DNA of 64,000 nt from the IMG/VR virus record IMGVR_UViG_3300049781_000059, positions 10,199-74,198 of that record; one strand, written 5' to 3'. The notes below the pieces were generated by a model that searched no databases, had not been told where the DNA came from, and was given only the letters and a program-made list of their open reading frames with translations. Origin of the DNA: a virus. Lineage: Duplodnaviria > Caudoviricetes. Within the stretch, counting starts at the first letter, position 1. Each line of letters begins with the position of its first letter. The position numbers were made by a program, and so were the translations under genes. Positions 24,533-34,383 of this stretch are shown here, one piece after another.

Positions 24533-27500
24533 TCAGGCTCCTTCCTGCTGCGGTGCAGCACTGGCGGTCAGGGCGAGGCTGGTCGGTTCGACCAGTGCTG
24601 AGAGGGCTTCGAGTTCGGCGCGTACCTGGGCGCGTTCGGTCTGCCGCTGTGCGAAGGCGTCAGCGAACCGGTCAAGGAACGCGGGGCTGATCAACAGGTC
24701 GGAGGCAGCCTGCACGACATCGGTGACGGGAGCGGTGTCAGGTGCGCGCCCGTGCGAGGGTTCGGGTTCACCGGCCTGTTCGGGGACCGTCTCGTGCTCG
24801 GTGTCGAGTGTCGCAGCGGCAGCGGTGAGCGCGAGGTTGGATCGCTCGACAACCGCGGTCGCTGCCAGATGCGCGGCGGCGGCAAGCCGGTACTCCGGAT
24901 TGAGCGGCGAAGAGTGACCAGGCACCGGCACGGACAGCACCGCCCGCAACTGCCAGCGGCCGTCGCCTGCCTGCGTCATGTGATAGCTGGGCTGGCAGGC
25001 ACGGAACACAGACAGGTCCCAGGACGACAACCAGGGTGCTGCGGCGCCGGAGAACCACATGCCGCCGCTGTTCATGCCGACGGTGACGATCCCTGCAACG
25101 GTCCGGGTGTCGTCGAACTGGCAGCTGGCGGTTTCGCATTCGGCGCCGTCGCGGTGGTGGCCGACGTTCATGGTGATCGCGCCGACTGCGATCTCCGAGC
25201 CGTCGTCGAGGGCGAACCGGGCGCGCAGGAAGTGGCTGGTGTCGATCTGCCCCAGCTTGTCGATCATCACCTTGCGGCCGTGGACGGCATGCGGCACACC
25301 GGCCTGAGCGACCCAGCCGTAGATTCGTCCGTCCTTGTAGTGGACGCCGCCACTGCCGGACGGGAGTTCCTCCTCGGTCGGTTCGGTGAACCAGTCGGCG
25401 GGCATCGGATCCGACTGCTGCATGACCTGCCAGGCGGAGGCTTCCAGCTCACTCATGTCGTCGCCGTCGCTGCTGTCGTCGCCCCACGGGGGCTGGATGC
25501 TCGAGTCGTCGAACGCCGTGGCCAGGCTTTCGTACAGGTCATCGACGCGTTCGCGGATCTGCTCCTGCTCGTCCTCGGGAATGTCGACGCCGCCACGCGC
25601 CCCGGACAGGGCACCGGCGACGGCGTACACGCCACTCGCGACAACCTCCAGCCGCTGGCCGTCACCAGTGTCGAAGACGTCGGCGAAGCCCAGCTTGTAC
25701 GCGGCGAGAGTCGCTGGATCGGCGTCCGGATCGCGGTAGAGGAACGCCCGGCCGAGCCCGTCGGCATCGACCGTTCCGTCGTCGGCGGTGGCCCAGTCGA
25801 GGACGCGGGAGGCTGCGGCGTCGCCGTCCCACTCGACGTCACGGTCGGCATGCACCGGCAGCTCAAGGTCACCGGAGGCCGCCGCTACCATCTCCCCCTC
25901 CGGGATCGACGACGGAGCGGTGTACAGGCCACGGCCGATACGCAGAACCCGGCCCTCACGGACGGCGGTGCGCAGGTGCCGTTTCGTCGTCGACACGGTC
26001 AGGCCGAGGGCTTCGGCGACCTCGCGGGCGCCGACCGGTACCGGTGATGTGCAGACGTGTCCGATGACCCGCTCAAGGTCGTCGCCCGCAGCCGCGGCCA
26101 CTTCCGTGACCGGCTCTTCCTCGTTGGCCGGCTGCTCGGCGGTGGGGTCGGCGTCGAGGACGATGCGGGCCTTGTCGTAGGCAGGCATCGCGACGAGGGT
26201 GGCGCCGCGGACACGGGCGCGGGTGATGCGGATCAGGTAGTCGCCAGCGTGCTCGGTGTGGACGACGGTGCCCGACTGAGGGTTGTCGGGGTCACCGGCC
26301 GCAGCGGTGAGCGCGCCGGGAAACAGGGTGCGGGCGGTGGTGGCGGGGATGCGTCCGCCGGGCCCGGAGATGATGGACGTTGTCCGGGTGCTGCGCTGCA
26401 TTGCGGCGCCGGAGGCGGTCCACTCGGGGGCACTGCTGGCAGTGATCATCCACGCGCCGTCGCCCAGCGACAGGACGGATGCGCGGGCATAGGAGGCTGC
26501 GGCGAGGACAAGGTCGTCGTCCTCGCCCTCGACTTCTTCGCCGCTCGTGTTGTCGCGGAGTTCGATGTCGACGTCGTCGAGGTCGACGGACACGCCGAGC
26601 GGGGCGCCCTGCCGGAGCAGCATCGCCGCCTCAGCACCTGCACGCTGCATCAGGTACAGGACACCGGAGCCGGTGAGGCGCGGGCCGTCGACGCTCATCT
26701 CCTGGATGGCGCCAGCGAGTTCCGCACCGTCGTGGCCGGCTCCCATCTCGTCGGCGTACTGCAGGGGCCAGGGCCCGCCCTCCCAGTAGAGGGAGCCTTC
26801 GGCGAAGACTCTGCCGTCACCGGTCTGCTGCCCGATGAATGCGAGGGCGGCGTCACCGGGGGTGGACCACGTGAGGATGGGTGGCGGGCCGTCCGCCGCG
26901 GCGGCGGTGGTGTGGGATTCGCGCACAGAGCTTCCCTCTCCTGCTGGGCTGGTGGCGTCTCTCTGCTCGGTGCCGGCTCGTGCGAGGGCGAGGACGCATC
27001 GGCAGTTGACGGTGAGAGCGGGCGGGGCGGTGGGGTCGCCGGGGTATGCCATGTCGGTGCCGTCGACGGTGAAGGGGTCGTCGAGGAGTTGCAGTTGGGC
27101 GTCGGTGTCGGCGTGCGCGTCGCGGACACGCTGGTCGTGGCGGGTGATCCACTGTTTGACGAGGGGCCGGTCCGGGCCGGACAGGTCGCGGGCGGCGGCG
27201 AGCGTGGCCGCGTTCCAGGCGCGGGTGGCTTCGGTGCGGGCGATGCGTTCCTCGCGGGTCTCCCCCAGCTGAGTGCCGTCGGCGGCGAACAGGGCCCGCA
27301 GTCGGGCGCGGAGGGCTTCGGTGTCTTCGCCTGCATCCAGGCCCTCAACCAGGGCGGCAACAGCGGCTTCGGTGAGCCGGTCACCGACGGCGCGCAGCAG
27401 GTGCTCGGTCTGCTCGGCGTAGTCGCCCAGGGCTGGCGGGAGGGTGTCGTCGTCGTACCGGCTAGGCAGATCATCCCAGCCGTCGGGCAGCTCGACGTCG

Positions 27501-27742
27501 ACATCGGTCGCGGCCCGGCCGCTGGCAGTCTGGGCGACCCGGAACAGGCGGCGCATGATGCGCGGCACCCGCTCCGACCACATTGTTGCGATACGGCTGA
27601 GAGAGAACCGGGCAGCAACGATTTCCGTTGCATCCTCCAGCTCTGCGGCGATCTCTTCGGCGAGCTCGTCGAGGACCGCGCGGATCTCGTCGGCTACCTG
27701 CTCCTCGGCGGTCTGGAGGAGCTGCTCCAGGTCGTCATCCAC
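24533..27742 (-). CDS. MuF-like minor head domain fused to capsid maturation protease, with internal winged helix, 1069 aa
   Basis: GTG 27742; MuF motifs KQWITRHDQRVRDAH...PGDP...NCRC; protease-like GATLVAMPAY; HTH VAEALGLTVSTTKRHL; WDGDAAASR domain. Confidence 0.8.
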   Translation of the reverse strand: MDDDLEQLLQTAEEQVADEIRAVLDELAEEIAAELEDATEIVAARFSLSRIATMWSERVPRIMRRLFRVAQTASGRAATDVDVELPDGWDDLPSRYDDDTLPPALGDYAEQTEHLLRAVGDRLTEAAVAALVEGLDAGEDTEALRARLRALFAADGTQLGETREERIARTEATRAWNAATLAAARDLSGPDRPLVKQWITRHDQRVRDAHADTDAQLQLLDDPFTVDGTDMAYPGDPTAPPALTVNCRCVLALARAGTEQRDATSPAGEGSSVRESHTTAAAADGPPPILTWSTPGDAALAFIGQQTGDGRVFAEGSLYWEGGPWPLQYADEMGAGHDGAELAGAIQEMSVDGPRLTGSGVLYLMQRAGAEAAMLLRQGAPLGVSVDLDDVDIELRDNTSGEEVEGEDDDLVLAAASYARASVLSLGDGAWMITASSAPEWTASGAAMQRSTRTTSIISGPGGRIPATTARTLFPGALTAAAGDPDNPQSGTVVHTEHAGDYLIRITRARVRGATLVAMPAYDKARIVLDADPTAEQPANEEEPVTEVAAAAGDDLERVIGHVCTSPVPVGAREVAEALGLTVSTTKRHLRTAVREGRVLRIGRGLYTAPSSIPEGEMVAAASGDLELPVHADRDVEWDGDAAASRVLDWATADDGTVDADGLGRAFLYRDPDADPATLAAYKLGFADVFDTGDGQRLEVVASGVYAVAGALSGARGGVDIPEDEQEQIRERVDDLYESLATAFDDSSIQPPWGDDSSDGDDMSELEASAWQVMQQSDPMPADWFTEPTEEELPSGSGGVHYKDGRIYGWVAQAGVPHAVHGRKVMIDKLGQIDTSHFLRARFALDDGSEIAVGAITMNVGHHRDGAECETASCQFDDTRTVAGIVTVGMNSGGMWFSGAAAPWLSSWDLSVFRACQPSYHMTQAGDGRWQLRAVLSVPVPGHSSPLNPEYRLAAAAHLAATAVVERSNLALTAAAATLDTEHETVPEQAGEPEPSHGRAPDTAPVTDVVQAASDLLISPAFLDRFADAFAQRQTERAQVRAELEALSALVEPTSLALTASAAPQQEGA

Positions 27743-27935
27743 GGCGGACCTCCGGGTCGTCGGGGTCGTCGCAGATGATGCAGCCGGTGACGGTGCCGAC
27801 GACCGTGACACCGTCCGCGCCGATGGCCAGCACGTCGGCAGTGAAGGCGGTGTACGCCTTGCAGACGGCGCACCACAGGTCGCCCTGGACGTTGGCCACG
27901 TCCAGACTGAGGGTCGCGGTCTGTCGCCTGTTCAT
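27735..27935 (-). CDS. Small zinc-ribbon protein
   Basis: ATG 27935, 66 aa, WCAVC...CIIC. Confidence 0.65.
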   Translation of the reverse strand: MNRRQTATLSLDVANVQGDLWCAVCKAYTAFTADVLAIGADGVTVVGTVTGCIICDDPDDPEVRRG

Positions 27936-29632
27936 GCCGCGCTCGCCTGGCACGGGTTGCGCATGATCCGGGCGGTGTCCGCGAAACTGTGCGGCTGGCG
28001 GGCGGCGACCAGGTCGCGGGCGTAGTCGTCGAGCTGCCGCGTCAGACAGTCCGCGTCGAGCCCATACCGGGCGGCGATCTCCGGGACCCGCACCCACGCA
28101 CCGTCGAACAGGCGCCACTCGTCGACCAGCGCCGGGTCCACTGGGAACACCGTGTGAAGCTCGGCGGGGACGATCTCCCGGGCGCGGGCCCGCTCCGAGC
28201 GCGGGCAGACGGGACGATTCCGCAGACGGGTACCGGCAGCGTAGAGGGCACTCCAGATGATGCCGTCGACAGCAGCGAGGACGTCAGCCGGAAGGTCCAG
28301 CGGGGCGGGGACTGCAGCCGCCGGCAGGGTGTCGGGCAGGTCTTGGGTTTCGCTCACGGGCAGACTCGTCACGGTGCGGTCCTCGTTGTCGGTCGCTTCG
28401 CTGTCGGCGGCGGGGCTGTTGGGGGCGTCGGTTTCGGAGAAGCCGGTTTCGCGGCGGGCAGCGACGTCCGAGATCAGGCCGGCTTGGAAGGCTTCGAGGG
28501 CGGTCGCGGCACGGTTGGCCTGTACGCGGAGCTGGCTGGTGTCATGCCAGACAAGCCACTCCGCTGCATCGGTGACGCCCTGGGCCTCGAGGAGGGGGCG
28601 TAGCCACTGTGTGGTGAGGGCGTTCGAGACGAGGGTGAGGCGTGGCTCGACGCCGAGACGAACACCCTCAGCGGATGCGAGCCAGGCCCCCCAATGGTTG
28701 AGGCTGCCCATCCCCAGAAGCACTTCTGGAGGGGTCTCCAAGCCGGTGGCGAAGCGGCGGATGCATTCGTCCCGCAGCTTGATCGCGATCTCGTCGAAGT
28801 CCGACTCGAACTTGAGGTGCTGGATCTGCCCGATCATTTCCCCGGGGATCTGCAGGATGATCGGCACCGTGGCCGCCGCGGACTCGGGTTCGCGGTAGGC
28901 GGTGGATGCGACTTCCATGAACACGTCGACGATGTCGTCCTGCGCCTCCTGGCCGGGCGCGGTGGGGAAGGAGACACCGTTCGGCATGAACACGACGCCG
29001 CGGCCGACGAGCCGGGAGCGGGCAGCAGCGGCCACTGCGGCGTTGAGGAGCCGGAGTTCCTCAAGAACAACCAGTGAGGACCGGACCGGGCTGTCGGCTT
29101 CGATGTGACGGCGGGGATGCGGATCCCACACGCGGATCGCGACCGGAGTGTCGGGGTCGACGGCGGCGTCGGCGTCGTAGGGCGGGATCTCGACTTCGGC
29201 GCCGTCGATCTCCGCGGTCATGGTGCCCTGCTGCTGCTTGACTTCCGCGACGGACAGCACCCTCCAGTCCGCTTCGCCGGTGTCCGTCGGGCGGATGATG
29301 ATCCAGGCTTCGCCTGCGACGACGAGGTGCGGGCCGAACTCGGCGAGGAACTGGGACTGGCCGCCGGCTCCGCCCGCGACCTGGGAGACGATCTCTGCTG
29401 CCGGGTGGCCGTCCGGGGCCTTCTCGACGGTGCCGTCTTCGAGGCGCCGGCCGGCGTAGAGGCGGGCGCCGCCCATGGCGTTGCCGATCCAGGTCGCGGC
29501 GAACCGGACTTCGGGGATGACGCCGAAGAGGTCCCAGGCGTTCTCCTGCCAGCCGCCTCCGGTGCTGGTGGTCTGCCTGCCGAGTTTGCGGGAGGTGAAC
29601 CGGGCCGCGGCGGCCGTGAGTTGGCGGATCAC
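27932..29632 (-). CDS. Portal protein
   Basis: GTG 29632, 566 aa; WQENAWDLFGVIPEVRFAATWIGNAMG and NHWGAW motifs; lies between terminase and protease. Confidence 0.85.
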   Translation of the reverse strand: MIRQLTAAAARFTSRKLGRQTTSTGGGWQENAWDLFGVIPEVRFAATWIGNAMGGARLYAGRRLEDGTVEKAPDGHPAAEIVSQVAGGAGGQSQFLAEFGPHLVVAGEAWIIIRPTDTGEADWRVLSVAEVKQQQGTMTAEIDGAEVEIPPYDADAAVDPDTPVAIRVWDPHPRRHIEADSPVRSSLVVLEELRLLNAAVAAAARSRLVGRGVVFMPNGVSFPTAPGQEAQDDIVDVFMEVASTAYREPESAAATVPIILQIPGEMIGQIQHLKFESDFDEIAIKLRDECIRRFATGLETPPEVLLGMGSLNHWGAWLASAEGVRLGVEPRLTLVSNALTTQWLRPLLEAQGVTDAAEWLVWHDTSQLRVQANRAATALEAFQAGLISDVAARRETGFSETDAPNSPAADSEATDNEDRTVTSLPVSETQDLPDTLPAAAVPAPLDLPADVLAAVDGIIWSALYAAGTRLRNRPVCPRSERARAREIVPAELHTVFPVDPALVDEWRLFDGAWVRVPEIAARYGLDADCLTRQLDDYARDLVAARQPHSFADTARIMRNPCQASAA

Positions 29633-29952
29633 TCCGCATCCCACGTGTTGTCGCGCCGGTTGAGCAGGGCTTGGAGGCCGGCGACGGCGAACCAGAGCAG
29701 CCCGAACTGGATGATCGGGTTGTCGCGCCAGAACCACCAGGCGGTGAGGACAGCTCCGGACAGCCAGAAGCCGAGGCAGTAGATGCAGGAGATGAGCTGC
29801 ATGAGGAGGCTACGCGGCTTGCTGTCGATCTTGTTGGCGTGCCAGGTGGCGAGGCGGTGGCGGGCGGGGTCGAGGATGGTGTCGTGGACGCCGAGTTGGG
29901 TGGCGCGGTAGGACGCAGCGCCGAGGAGCGCGAGTTCCGGGAGTGAGATCAA
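29629..29952 (-). CDS. DUF1360-like membrane protein
   Basis: YRATQLGVHDTIL...LISCIYCLGFW; two or three TM segments. Confidence 0.7.
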   Translation of the reverse strand: MISLPELALLGAASYRATQLGVHDTILDPARHRLATWHANKIDSKPRSLLMQLISCIYCLGFWLSGAVLTAWWFWRDNPIIQFGLLWFAVAGLQALLNRRDNTWDAE

Positions 29953-30059
29953 GGCCGCCCCCTGGTGGAGATCCTCCGGTGTCGGCGCCCACTATAAGCC
30001 TATGGCCGGAAAACCTTCTCTCACAGGCCCCTTGAGCAGGAATATCTTCACGACGGGGG

Positions 30060-31433
30060 TTACTTTCCGAAGACCGGCCGCGCATAGCGCGACGCCGCCG
30101 CCGAACCCCCCGACGCGCGCCTGGCAGGCGACTGCACACGCCCCTCCCCCACCAGGTCCACCGCGGCGACCATGTACCGCATCGCGTCCATGCCGTGGTC
30201 ATCCTTCTTCAGCGGCTGCTCCTTCAACCCCCCGGCCGCGCCCGGCTTGACCGCCCACACATAGCCGTTGATTTCCTGGGCGGTGGACGTCGGCTTGCCC
30301 GCGTCGGCGAGGTCCTGGTCTCGGTCGACTACGGAGTCCCGCAGGATGAACAGGCGCGGCTTGCCGTCACCGGCCGGGCGGATCCGGGTCTGCACGGCCT
30401 GAATGCCTGGGGAGACCGTCTTCTTTGCGGCGGTCGTGACGAAGCCCGAGTGCCTTTCGAAGGTGGCCCGGTCTTCGGCGTCGTGGTCGCAGACCACCAC
30501 GACGGGGTGCGGTTCGCCGGTCTCGCCGATGATCCGCTTTACCTGCTTGGCGTGATCCTCGGCGAGCACTCGTGTCCTGTAGATCTCCCGGTACAGGTAC
30601 AGGCGCCCATCCCCGTCTTGCGCCCACCACTGGATCACCATGGGGTTCGTGAAGCCGAAGTCGATCGACATGTACCGCTGCCAGGCATCCGGGATGTCAA
30701 AGCGTTCGATGATGTGGACGGCGTCCTGCCACTCGTCGTAGATCACACCTTCGGCACTGACCCAGTTCCCCCAGCGCAGCCGCTGGTAGCGCGGCCCGGT
30801 GAGGCTGTCCAGGCGCTCCAGGTAGGCCTGGCCGTACTCGGTCCATTCGCCGTTCTGGTAGAGACGCGGGTTGTCCTCGTGCCGGCTGTAGAGGATGCGG
30901 CACCGGCCGGCGTCCGCCCTCAGTTTCAAGTGGTGGCTGGGAGGGCCGGGGTTGGTACACATGATCAGCCGCTGGAGTGGGAGAACTCCATTGCGGAGGC
31001 GGGAGATGATCGTGTCGAGGTCTTCGGCTGTTACCTCGATCGCTTCATCGACCAGCACAAGATCGAACTCGGTGGACAGTAGCTTGGTTGGTCGATCAAG
31101 ACCGCCGACCACGATGACGCTGCCGTTGGCGTACCGGTAGCTGGCGGGCTCCTGCGCCGACCCGCCAAAGAAGTGCAGCAGACCTGCGTCGATGGCCTCC
31201 TTCGCGACCTTCTCCCGAAAGCTGACGAGCGTCGACGAGGTGAGAGACGCATGGGTTTTACGCACGATCAACGCGCGGGATTTCGGATTGCCGAGGCACT
31301 GCAGGTGCACGTACATGAGCGCGCCCACACTCTTGCCGGTGCCGGCCGCGCCAGAGAGCAGCACTTCGGTGTCCGTGGATCGGAAGAGTTCCCGGACGGC
31401 TCCCCGGGCCTCGAATGTGACGGTGTCAGCCAT
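30060..31433 (-). CDS. terL: Terminase large subunit
   Basis: Walker A GAAGTGKS, Walker B VLVDEA, nuclease SIDFGFTNP and DDHGMDAMRY. Confidence 0.95.
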   Translation of the reverse strand: MADTVTFEARGAVRELFRSTDTEVLLSGAAGTGKSVGALMYVHLQCLGNPKSRALIVRKTHASLTSSTLVSFREKVAKEAIDAGLLHFFGGSAQEPASYRYANGSVIVVGGLDRPTKLLSTEFDLVLVDEAIEVTAEDLDTIISRLRNGVLPLQRLIMCTNPGPPSHHLKLRADAGRCRILYSRHEDNPRLYQNGEWTEYGQAYLERLDSLTGPRYQRLRWGNWVSAEGVIYDEWQDAVHIIERFDIPDAWQRYMSIDFGFTNPMVIQWWAQDGDGRLYLYREIYRTRVLAEDHAKQVKRIIGETGEPHPVVVVCDHDAEDRATFERHSGFVTTAAKKTVSPGIQAVQTRIRPAGDGKPRLFILRDSVVDRDQDLADAGKPTSTAQEINGYVWAVKPGAAGGLKEQPLKKDDHGMDAMRYMVAAVDLVGEGRVQSPARRASGGSAAASRYARPVFGK

Positions 31434-31920
31434 CGCTTGCGTCGTCTGCGAGGCCGATGATCTCGTATCGGACTCCGCCGGATACGTCGATCTTCTTTCG
31501 GGCGTCGAGGCCGAAGAGGCGCCGGTAGCTTTCGCGTACCTTGACGAGCCGGTCGATCGCGGCGAGTTTCGGGCCGTCGTCGCGTAGCGGGGTGCCGTCG
31601 TCGTCGGTGACGATGCGGCCGTGGGACACCATGACGTGATCGCGGTTCAGGATGTCCAGGGCTTCCTCGTAGAGACTGTCGAGGCGGGCGGCTTCGTGTT
31701 TGATGAGGGCTTCGGCGGGGCCTTGGACGATGTCGCGTAGGGCGCGTTGGATGGCTTGGCGGGCGCTGGATTTGTCGGTGTAGCCGAGTTCGTCGGCGAT
31801 GTCTTGCAGTTTCCAGCCTTGTGCGCGGAGTTCGGCTGCGCGGGCGTCGCGTTCTGCGGTTTCGGAGGTGCGTATGTAGCGGCCTTTGCCGTCTCGGGCA
31901 TTGTCGGGCGGTGGTGTCAC
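31426..31920 (-). CDS. Terminase small subunit-like HTH protein
   Basis: AAELRAQGWKLQDIADELGY HTH; immediately upstream of terL. Confidence 0.7.
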   Translation of the reverse strand: MTPPPDNARDGKGRYIRTSETAERDARAAELRAQGWKLQDIADELGYTDKSSARQAIQRALRDIVQGPAEALIKHEAARLDSLYEEALDILNRDHVMVSHGRIVTDDDGTPLRDDGPKLAAIDRLVKVRESYRRLFGLDARKKIDVSGGVRYEIIGLADDASDG

Positions 31921-32045
31921 GGTGCCGCCTCCGCTCAGGGGTTACTGGCTGATCACCTCAGATGGTAACGACCCCGGTTCTGGGCGCGGAGTACGCCATG
32001 CGTGAGGGCCCGCACCTGGCACAGTGCAGGCCCTCGGCGGGGCGG

Positions 32046-32357
32046 TCACTTCTCGGTGGCGCGGTCGGCTGACGGCTGGAAACCGCAGGAGCAGAGCGCG
32101 CCCTCGCGGACGTAGCAGCCCTTGTGGTGACCGGCGAACACGTCGTTCGCGGTCGACTCGATAGCGTCGGCGAGTCCGAAGAGGCTCAGGGCGATCGTCC
32201 CGGACCACGTGTGGGCCTCCCTGCGAACAACCTCGGCGTCGCCGCGTGCGACGGCTTCGCTGAGGTATTCGCGCACGCGGTCTGCATCCCATGCCGGTAG
32301 CAGGATCAGGTTCTCCTGTACGACGCGGATGGCCTCTGTCACGGTCGGGGTGCTCAT
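32046..32357 (-). CDS. Hypothetical protein
   Basis: 103 aa, GGAG RBS, C-terminal HHKGC...CSC. Confidence 0.6.
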   Translation of the reverse strand: MSTPTVTEAIRVVQENLILLPAWDADRVREYLSEAVARGDAEVVRREAHTWSGTIALSLFGLADAIESTANDVFAGHHKGCYVREGALCSCGFQPSADRATEK

Positions 32358-32367
32358 GGTCGATCTC

Positions 32368-32484
32368 CTACTCCTCGTCGTCTTCCTGCTCGCTGCGCCA
32401 GGTGTCGCACCCCTGGCAGTGCTCGTCGTGCTCCTGGTTTTCAGTCCCGCAGGACTCGCAGGTCCACATGGCGGGTGTCCTCAC
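32368..32484 (-). CDS. 38-aa RanBP2-type zinc-finger microprotein
   Basis: Translated by hand: MRTPAMWTCESCGTENQEHDEHCQGCDTWRSEQEDDEE = W-x-C-x2-C-x3-N-x6-C-x2-C; GTGA overlap with the upstream gene. Confidence 0.7.
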   Translation of the reverse strand: MRTPAMWTCESCGTENQEHDEHCQGCDTWRSEQEDDEE

Positions 32485-32750
32485 TTCTCGATGGCGTGGT
32501 TGGTGGCAAGGGGCAGCACGGCGGCGAGGACCGCGCGGACGCTGTCGGCGGAGAGCGCTCCTGCGGCACGCACCCCAGCCATGACGAGATCGTGCGGAAC
32601 GTCCTCAGGGCGCATCTGCTGCGGCCTGGGCTGGGAGGCGGGCGCGGAGGCCAGGAGAGCGTCCAGATTGGCGTGAGCCCTGGGCGTACTGAGTCCGGCC
32701 TGGGTCAGGTATCCAATCAGGCGGGCGCGGTGCGCCTCGTAGTCGCTCAC
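32481..32750 (-). CDS. Hypothetical protein
   Basis: GTG 32750, 89 aa, tight operon packing. Confidence 0.55.
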   Translation of the reverse strand: MSDYEAHRARLIGYLTQAGLSTPRAHANLDALLASAPASQPRPQQMRPEDVPHDLVMAGVRAAGALSADSVRAVLAAVLPLATNHAIEK

Positions 32751-32752
32751 GA

Positions 32753-33001
32753 TCAGTCCCCTTTCTCGTCTGCGTTCTGGATGCCGATGACGGCGATGTC
32801 GCCCCGGCTGATCTGGTACCGACACCCGTCGACTTCGGCCGTGATCCCGTCGGGGCCCGCTTCGGTGATCTCATAGACGCGGTCCCGGTCCTTGCGGGTG
32901 GCGGCGCGCGGGAACCGCACCCCGGCGCCCACGGCGTAGCGGCGGCCGTCGATCTCGAACACGGATACCTCCGTGGACCGGCCAGTGTGGAGTGCAGTCA
33001 C
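32753..33001 (-). CDS. Hypothetical protein (small beta-rich)
   Basis: 82 aa, overlaps the upstream stop. Confidence 0.55.
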   Translation of the reverse strand: MTALHTGRSTEVSVFEIDGRRYAVGAGVRFPRAATRKDRDRVYEITEAGPDGITAEVDGCRYQISRGDIAVIGIQNADEKGD

Positions 33002-33222
33002 TTCCGGGCGTCCCCGATCTCGATGACTTCGAGCTGCTTGTCAACGGGGAGTTGGTGGAGGAACGCTGCATCCCCGTAGGCCGCCTCCTTGGAGGCATGG
33101 GCCTCCTCGGCGGTCGTGGCGGTGAAGGCAATCCAGGAGGCGGTGCACCACGGTTCGTCGCCAGCGTTGAAGTGGTGCATGATGCCGTGGCTGAAGCACC
33201 AGGCGTAGATGGTCTTGCGCAT
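32998..33222 (-). CDS. Hypothetical protein
   Basis: ATG 33222, MRKTIYAWCFSHG, 74 aa. Confidence 0.6.
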   Translation of the reverse strand: MRKTIYAWCFSHGIMHHFNAGDEPWCTASWIAFTATTAEEAHASKEAAYGDAAFLHQLPVDKQLEVIEIGDARK

Positions 33223-33224
33223 GA

Positions 33225-33410
33225 TCAGTCCTCGTCTTCCAGTTCGTCGAGGAAGACGCCATAGCTGTTCTGGCACTCGTTCTTGGCCTCGTCCATTGGT
33301 CCGTCCTCGTCTCGGTCGAAGTGTGCGCGGTCGGCGGCAGCCGCCTCAGCGGGCGACTCATCCCAGACGGGGCCAGGCTCGACCAGCGGACCGTCAGGCA
33401 GGGGGGTCAC
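33225..33410 (-). CDS. Small acidic hypothetical protein
   Basis: 61 aa, GTGA overlap. Confidence 0.5.
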   Translation of the reverse strand: MTPLPDGPLVEPGPVWDESPAEAAAADRAHFDRDEDGPMDEAKNECQNSYGVFLDELEDED

Positions 33411-33625
33411 GGCAGCTCGTTTCGCTGGAGGTCGAAGCTGAGCATCACCGCGTCGGCGAGGTACGGGCTGACTTCGACGACTTGGCGGCGGATCTCGGTC
33501 ATGGCATCGAAGCGGCTCATGCCCGGCGTCGGTGTCCAGTGGCCGTTGCGCTCCTGTGCACTCAGGCCGACCGCGTTGTGTGTCAGGAAGGACATGTGCC
33601 AGAAGTGGGATCCCTGCTCTGTCAC
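33407..33625 (-). CDS. Hypothetical protein
   Basis: GTG 33625, 72 aa, GTGA overlap. Confidence 0.55.
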   Translation of the reverse strand: MTEQGSHFWHMSFLTHNAVGLSAQERNGHWTPTPGMSRFDAMTEIRRQVVEVSPYLADAVMLSFDLQRNELP

Positions 33626-33849
33626 GGTGTCTCCTTGGGGATCTCGTCGGCGGTCACGGTTTCGAACCAACGCCAGAGGCCGTTCTCCCACTGCTCCACC
33701 TTTGCGGTGCAGGCGGGGCTGTCGAAGATGACGGGCAGGTCGGTGCGGATGAACGCGTAGGTCTTCGCCTCGCTGGTGAACGAGTACGTGGCCTGGGTCT
33801 CCAAGGTCGAGACGATCACCCGCCACGGCTTACGCGGCTTCGCGGTCAC
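33622..33849 (-). CDS. Hypothetical protein
   Basis: 75 aa, overlapping start/stop packing. Confidence 0.6.
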   Translation of the reverse strand: MTAKPRKPWRVIVSTLETQATYSFTSEAKTYAFIRTDLPVIFDSPACTAKVEQWENGLWRWFETVTADEIPKETP

Positions 33850-34112
33850 GGCTGCGGCTCCTTGGGCGTCTCTTCGCGGATGACGATGATCGCGGCGCGG
33901 TGGTTTTCCATCCCGGCTTCCCGGTCGGTGGCCCGCTTCGACGACATGTCGATGACGTAGCCGCCGATGCTCCAGCCCCGGTGCCGCTTGTCGGGACTGT
34001 CGTCGAAGATGGCGGTGTCGTAGTAGTCGGCGGCGATCCGGATCGTGGAAACGGTGAGCTGCTTATCGCCGTAGATGACGGGACGTTGGGCGACGATCTG
34101 GGGTACGGCCAC
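33846..34112 (-). CDS. Hypothetical protein
   Basis: 88 aa with GGAGG RBS. Confidence 0.6.
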   Translation of the reverse strand: MAVPQIVAQRPVIYGDKQLTVSTIRIAADYYDTAIFDDSPDKRHRGWSIGGYVIDMSSKRATDREAGMENHRAAIIVIREETPKEPQP

Positions 34113-34122
34113 GGTGGGCCTC

Positions 34123-34383
34123 CTATCGGGTCAGGCTGGGCAGGTCGGCCCAGCGGACGGCAAGTCGGGGATCGTGCGCGGCCAGCACCTTCGACGCGCG
34201 GGCGAGCCGCTGGTGCAGCAGTTCGCGGGCTTCCGCGTACTGCGGGCCGGTGCAGCGGGTGAGCAGCCGGCCCGCCTCCGCCGCATCAGCCACCGCAGCC
34301 TGCACCTGGGGCGGGAGCTGGGCGGCGACCCGGTCCGCGATGCCGTTTGGGACCGGGACGCCGGTGCGCAGCGGGGTGATCAC
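34123..34383 (-). CDS. Hypothetical helical protein
   Basis: 86 aa, GTGA overlap. Confidence 0.55.
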   Translation of the reverse strand: MITPLRTGVPVPNGIADRVAAQLPPQVQAAVADAAEAGRLLTRCTGPQYAEARELLHQRLARASKVLAAHDPRLAVRWADLPSLTR

